The notes below the pieces were generated by a model. It saw nothing but the letters and a program-made list of their open reading frames with translations, was not told the origin of the DNA and made no database searches. From positions 39,531,916 to 39,595,915 of the forward strand of contig NC_057732.1 of assembly GCF_004010195.1 (NCBI RefSeq): DNA of 64,000 bases, in the 5' to 3' direction. This DNA is from Chiloscyllium plagiosum (lineage: Eukaryota). The translations under genes and the position numbers were made by a program. This document shows positions 60,451 through 64,000 of this stretch, one piece after another; position 1 is the stretch's first letter; each line of letters opens with the position of its first letter.

Positions 60451-61799
60451 TAAGTGACCACAAGTCTCTCTGAGAAAGCACCCCTGTGCTCTGGTAGAAC
60501 TGTGGCAAATTTACTGCCTTTTTCCTATTCCTCGGTTTAATGATGGAATGGGGTAAGCATTTGGCATATCTGTTGTTTACTACAGCTGGCTGGTAAATTA
60601 CAAGATCATAGAATGATTGTAGTATAGGAGGAGGCCATTTGATTTGTATTGTCTATGCTATCAATTTACCTAGTCCCTTTTGTCTGTTTCTTGGCATTAT
60701 AGTTTTTTTTTCAGATTAATACTTGGTTCATTTTAGAAAACAGCAACTGAATTTATCTCTACCACACATCTGAGTCGGTGCATTCCAGATGCTAATCACT
60801 TGCTATTTTTAAGCAATGCCATCAATGTTGATATATTAAGTGACTATTTTATATCCTAATTCCCTTCTCATTAAAACATGAGTGATGAGTGGCCCATCCT
60901 GTTCCTATTAGGAATAGTATGTTCCCAATGGCCTCTTGAGAGTTTATTCCATTATCATTATTAACAACCTATTGAGAGTCTTTCTTTCCTTTTACTCTGC
61001 TCTTGCCTTTATTTCACTGCTACCCTTTGGCATCCTTTCTGCAAGGTTTTTCTTTGCAACTCAATTAATCATAAATTATTTGTACTTTGACTCCATTTTA
61101 TATACTTTTTGTTCCCATTTGCCTGACAAAAATCCAATCTTTTTGGAAAGGTTTAACACTCTCTCCTTGTATGTAGCCATTTTTTCCCCAAGGGAGGTGA
61201 TAGGTGAGGAGAGGGAGGAAGGAATCCTAATTTCTAGTACCCATTAGGTGAAAAATAATTTTAATAGCTTGGGTTATATTCTCCGTCTGAGAGAGTTGGT
61301 GCTCGACCCATTCTGAGATCATTGTATATTGTTATTCCTTTTATTTAATCCCTCTTCTGTCTGCAGCTCTGGTGATTTTTCTCTTTTAAAATGGTTACTA
61401 GTTCATTCCTAATGTTCTTTAATCAGCTGTTCCTTAATGGGTTATCCCCTTGTATTCTTTGACCTAATTTTTATTCCATCATTGTGACTTGAACTCTGCT
61501 CTACTATATCTCCCTTGTTGTAAATTGGATGTCAGTCACCTGGAAATATATGCAGCCTCTGGTCTCCTAACTGACTTAATAGGACTCTTTCCACTATATT
61601 TAGTTTTAAATCAACCACATTTTAGCCTTGTTTGCAGCTCAGTATTTTCCACAAAAGACACCATGGATAAGTGCTGTTTGGACCACCTTAGCTCATTCTA
61701 TATGAAAGGGAAAATTTTTAGTTTTCTTTCCTCTGTTCCTTCCCTCAAATCTTTGGTAACTTCAACTTTGATTGTTTTTTTTTGTCTAAATTCCTGTTG

Positions 61800-61967
61800 G
61801 AATAAAAACCTGAAAGCACTGCAGATGCTGTAAGTCAGAAACAAAAACAAAAAAAATGCTGGAGAAGGCTTCTGAGGATGGGTCACTTGACCAAAACATT
61901 AACTGTGCTTTCTCTTCACAGATGCTACCAGACATGCTGAGATTTTACAGCAATTTCAGTTTTTGTA
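61800..61967. mobile_element. Penelope family B fold-back fragment (related copy at about 34830-34925)
   Basis: ACTGCAGATGCTG..ACAAAAAC..TGCTGGAGAA, then an inverted part ending CAGCAATTTCAGTTTTTGT; degenerate core CTGAGGA-T-GGGTCA-CT-TGACC-AAAAC. Confidence 0.6.
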
Positions 61968-62077
61968 CCGAAATCGGAATGGTTGGTGACTTACCAGTTT
62001 TAAACTGGCAAGGAGAAAGACTGAACATATTTAATGTTTTTTTTTCTTAAAGTAGATCTTGTCATTTCTCTTGACAG

Positions 62078-62139
62078 GGAAGCTGTGCTGCAGTCTTGCT
62101 GGCTATTACTTCTGGCCATTTGGGAAGGTAATTCAAAAG
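62078..62139 (+). CDS. CAX exon, end of YccF repeat; gene continues beyond the right edge
   Basis: TTGACAG acceptor; GKLCCSLAGYYFWPFGKVIQK contains the WPFGK signature; donor after 62139 (GTAGGG) or after 62127 (GTAATT). Confidence 0.9.
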
Positions 62140-64000
62140 GTAGGGTGTTACGCTATGACTGGTGTAAACACATTGTACGTTGCAAGCAGGTATTCACCAG
62201 ACTTCAAATGGGCTACTACATTCTAAAACCAATCTTGCACATTTCGAGAAGGTCCATTTTTCACCAGAATGTAGTGGGTTGGTTCTGAAAGGCATGTAGT
62301 TCAGCTGTAAACCTCATTTGTAATGACTAGAGGTCAAAGACTTTTTAAAAAAAAAAAAAATTTACATTGCACATTCTAAAATCTAGAAGAGAGCCAAACT
62401 AGATACCAGTAGACTTCTGCCTGACATACACTCAGCTCACAGACTCATTGAAACCTGAAGAATGGTTGAATGGCAGTTCTGAACTAGCCTAATGCTGCTA
62501 TAGCAATTTGTAGATAACATCTGTCTCTTTCCTAAAAGAAATGACTGAACCCAGTTGTGATTTTCCTTTTTCCCCCAGTGGAACAAGTGATTTGGTTTTG
62601 TTTTTATACTTTAACCTAGAGTCCAATGACTTGTTGCTGGAATTAGAATATCCTCAACACCAATTGTAGTGCAATTAATAGGCTACCAATTGTTCTATTT
62701 TTGTTCCCAATGACTGTTTGTTTGATAATCTACTCTTGCTGAACTTCACTAATGTAAAATTAACATGCCCTTTATTGAAGCTCTGAATTAACCATGGTCT
62801 GCTCTGTCACTCTGGTAAAATAAAATATATTTGTGTTGTATAAAATTTAACAATGACAACATTCCTAATTCTGCAGAAATAAAAGTGCAGAAGAGTTCAA
62901 TTAATAATGCATAACAGATGTAAGGAACCACACCTCTCAATTAATTACCACCTCTTTTAGACTGCTGGACTGCAGGTCTAACCTCTTGATCCTGATGGGC
63001 ATCCTTTTTCTTAAATTGAATAAACTGATCCAGATCTTACAAGCCTAGTTAAGGAATCCTTCTAGTAAAATCTTGGAACGTTGAAGCACATGACTAAGGA
63101 TTCTCTATTTAGATTTCAAAGCTAAATGAGATTGGAATTTGAAGGTAAAAATATGCATTTTGCAAATTGGATGTATCCATACAAAATATACTAGTTTGTG
63201 AGCTAAATATTCATTTTTTGACTTTTCATTTCAATACATTTTTCAAAAATTGTATATTTATTGCAGTTTAATGCAATGGGGAAAACTATTGAATTGGCCC
63301 AGGGAGATCCAGATAAAGACCAGCGAATATTAAACTTCAGTGGTGAGACTAATCAATGACATGGACTTTGTACTGCAGTTCAATGGAGGTCTGCAGACAA
63401 GATAAAATTTCACCACACCGGTCAAAGTACAAATTAACACTCTCTGCAAAATTGTAACATTGTTGTAAGACTTGCATGTGATGGAGAGGGTGAACTGATG
63501 GTAGTCACATCTACTTTTGTTGACTATCTACGTGAAAGATTTCTAAACTTTATAGAGCCAGGGTATGAGAAGTCCAGAGTCTGAGTTGAAACCCGATATT
63601 GCATTAAAAGCTACTTTTTCAAAATGCTGTCAAGATTTCCTGAACAATGGAAAATTATTGGCCATTATGTTTCCCTTGCAGGTTGGGATTGTTCCAGAGC
63701 TTTGGGCCGATGAATATTCAGCCTTTAACTTGTTCTTTTCCACCTGTAGCTCTTAAATTCTTAGATAGTTTCCATAATCTTTCAAATAGTGACTACTTGT
63801 GGCATGAATCATGCACAGTAGATACTAGCAAACAATGATTGAAGGTTGTGATACCATCAGGAGTACTCTGCTTTGAATTGTTCGTTTGTGTATCTAATGC
63901 AGAACCTAAATGATTCCACTGGATCTTTCCAGCCATACTTATATCCTAGGAAAAGCAGTGTTCGATTTTATGGTGAAGATATTCCTGATGCAACTGCGGT

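Noticed and set aside
63267-63342. Next CAX exon (FNAMGKTIELAQGDPDKDQRILNFS), or an alternative starting at 63682
   Set aside because: The AG/GT boundaries are plausible, but I recognise no CAX motif and there is no downstream exon in the window to test phase.

Overview
This is vertebrate genomic DNA, almost certainly from a cartilaginous fish: it carries HE1/V-SINE-type SINEs and shark-type CR1 and Penelope repeats, and a bamboo-shark-like species is my inference. It has three assembly gaps (5016-5541, 23929-24718, 29784-30116). Three spliced protein-coding genes were reconstructed by hand, and the ORF track misses most of their exons. (1) The first three coding exons of a pancreatic carboxypeptidase A (CPA1/CPA2-like) lie on the minus strand and the gene runs off the left edge. 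(2) A complete 14-coding-exon TMEM209 lies on the plus strand (5903-33464, 1695 nt, 564 aa), head-to-head with the CPA gene. (3) The 5' part of a type-2 cation/H+ exchanger (CAX/Vnx1-like, with a YccF domain) lies on the plus strand from 41498, behind a CpG-rich promoter with ZNF143 motifs, and runs off the right edge. Introns and intergenic DNA are dense with decayed CR1 LINEs, several tRNA-derived SINE families, one Tc1/mariner-type MITE and many Penelope-like (PLE) fragments. The most striking non-genic signal is a set of short PLE-derived insertions. They carry minimal hammerhead-ribozyme cores (CTGANGA-stem-GAAA plus a palindromic ACGT/AGCT), several have 12-17 bp target-site duplications, and they repeatedly fold back into hairpins whose turning point lies at or near the ribozyme core. 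No prokaryotic-type system (CRISPR, operons) is present.
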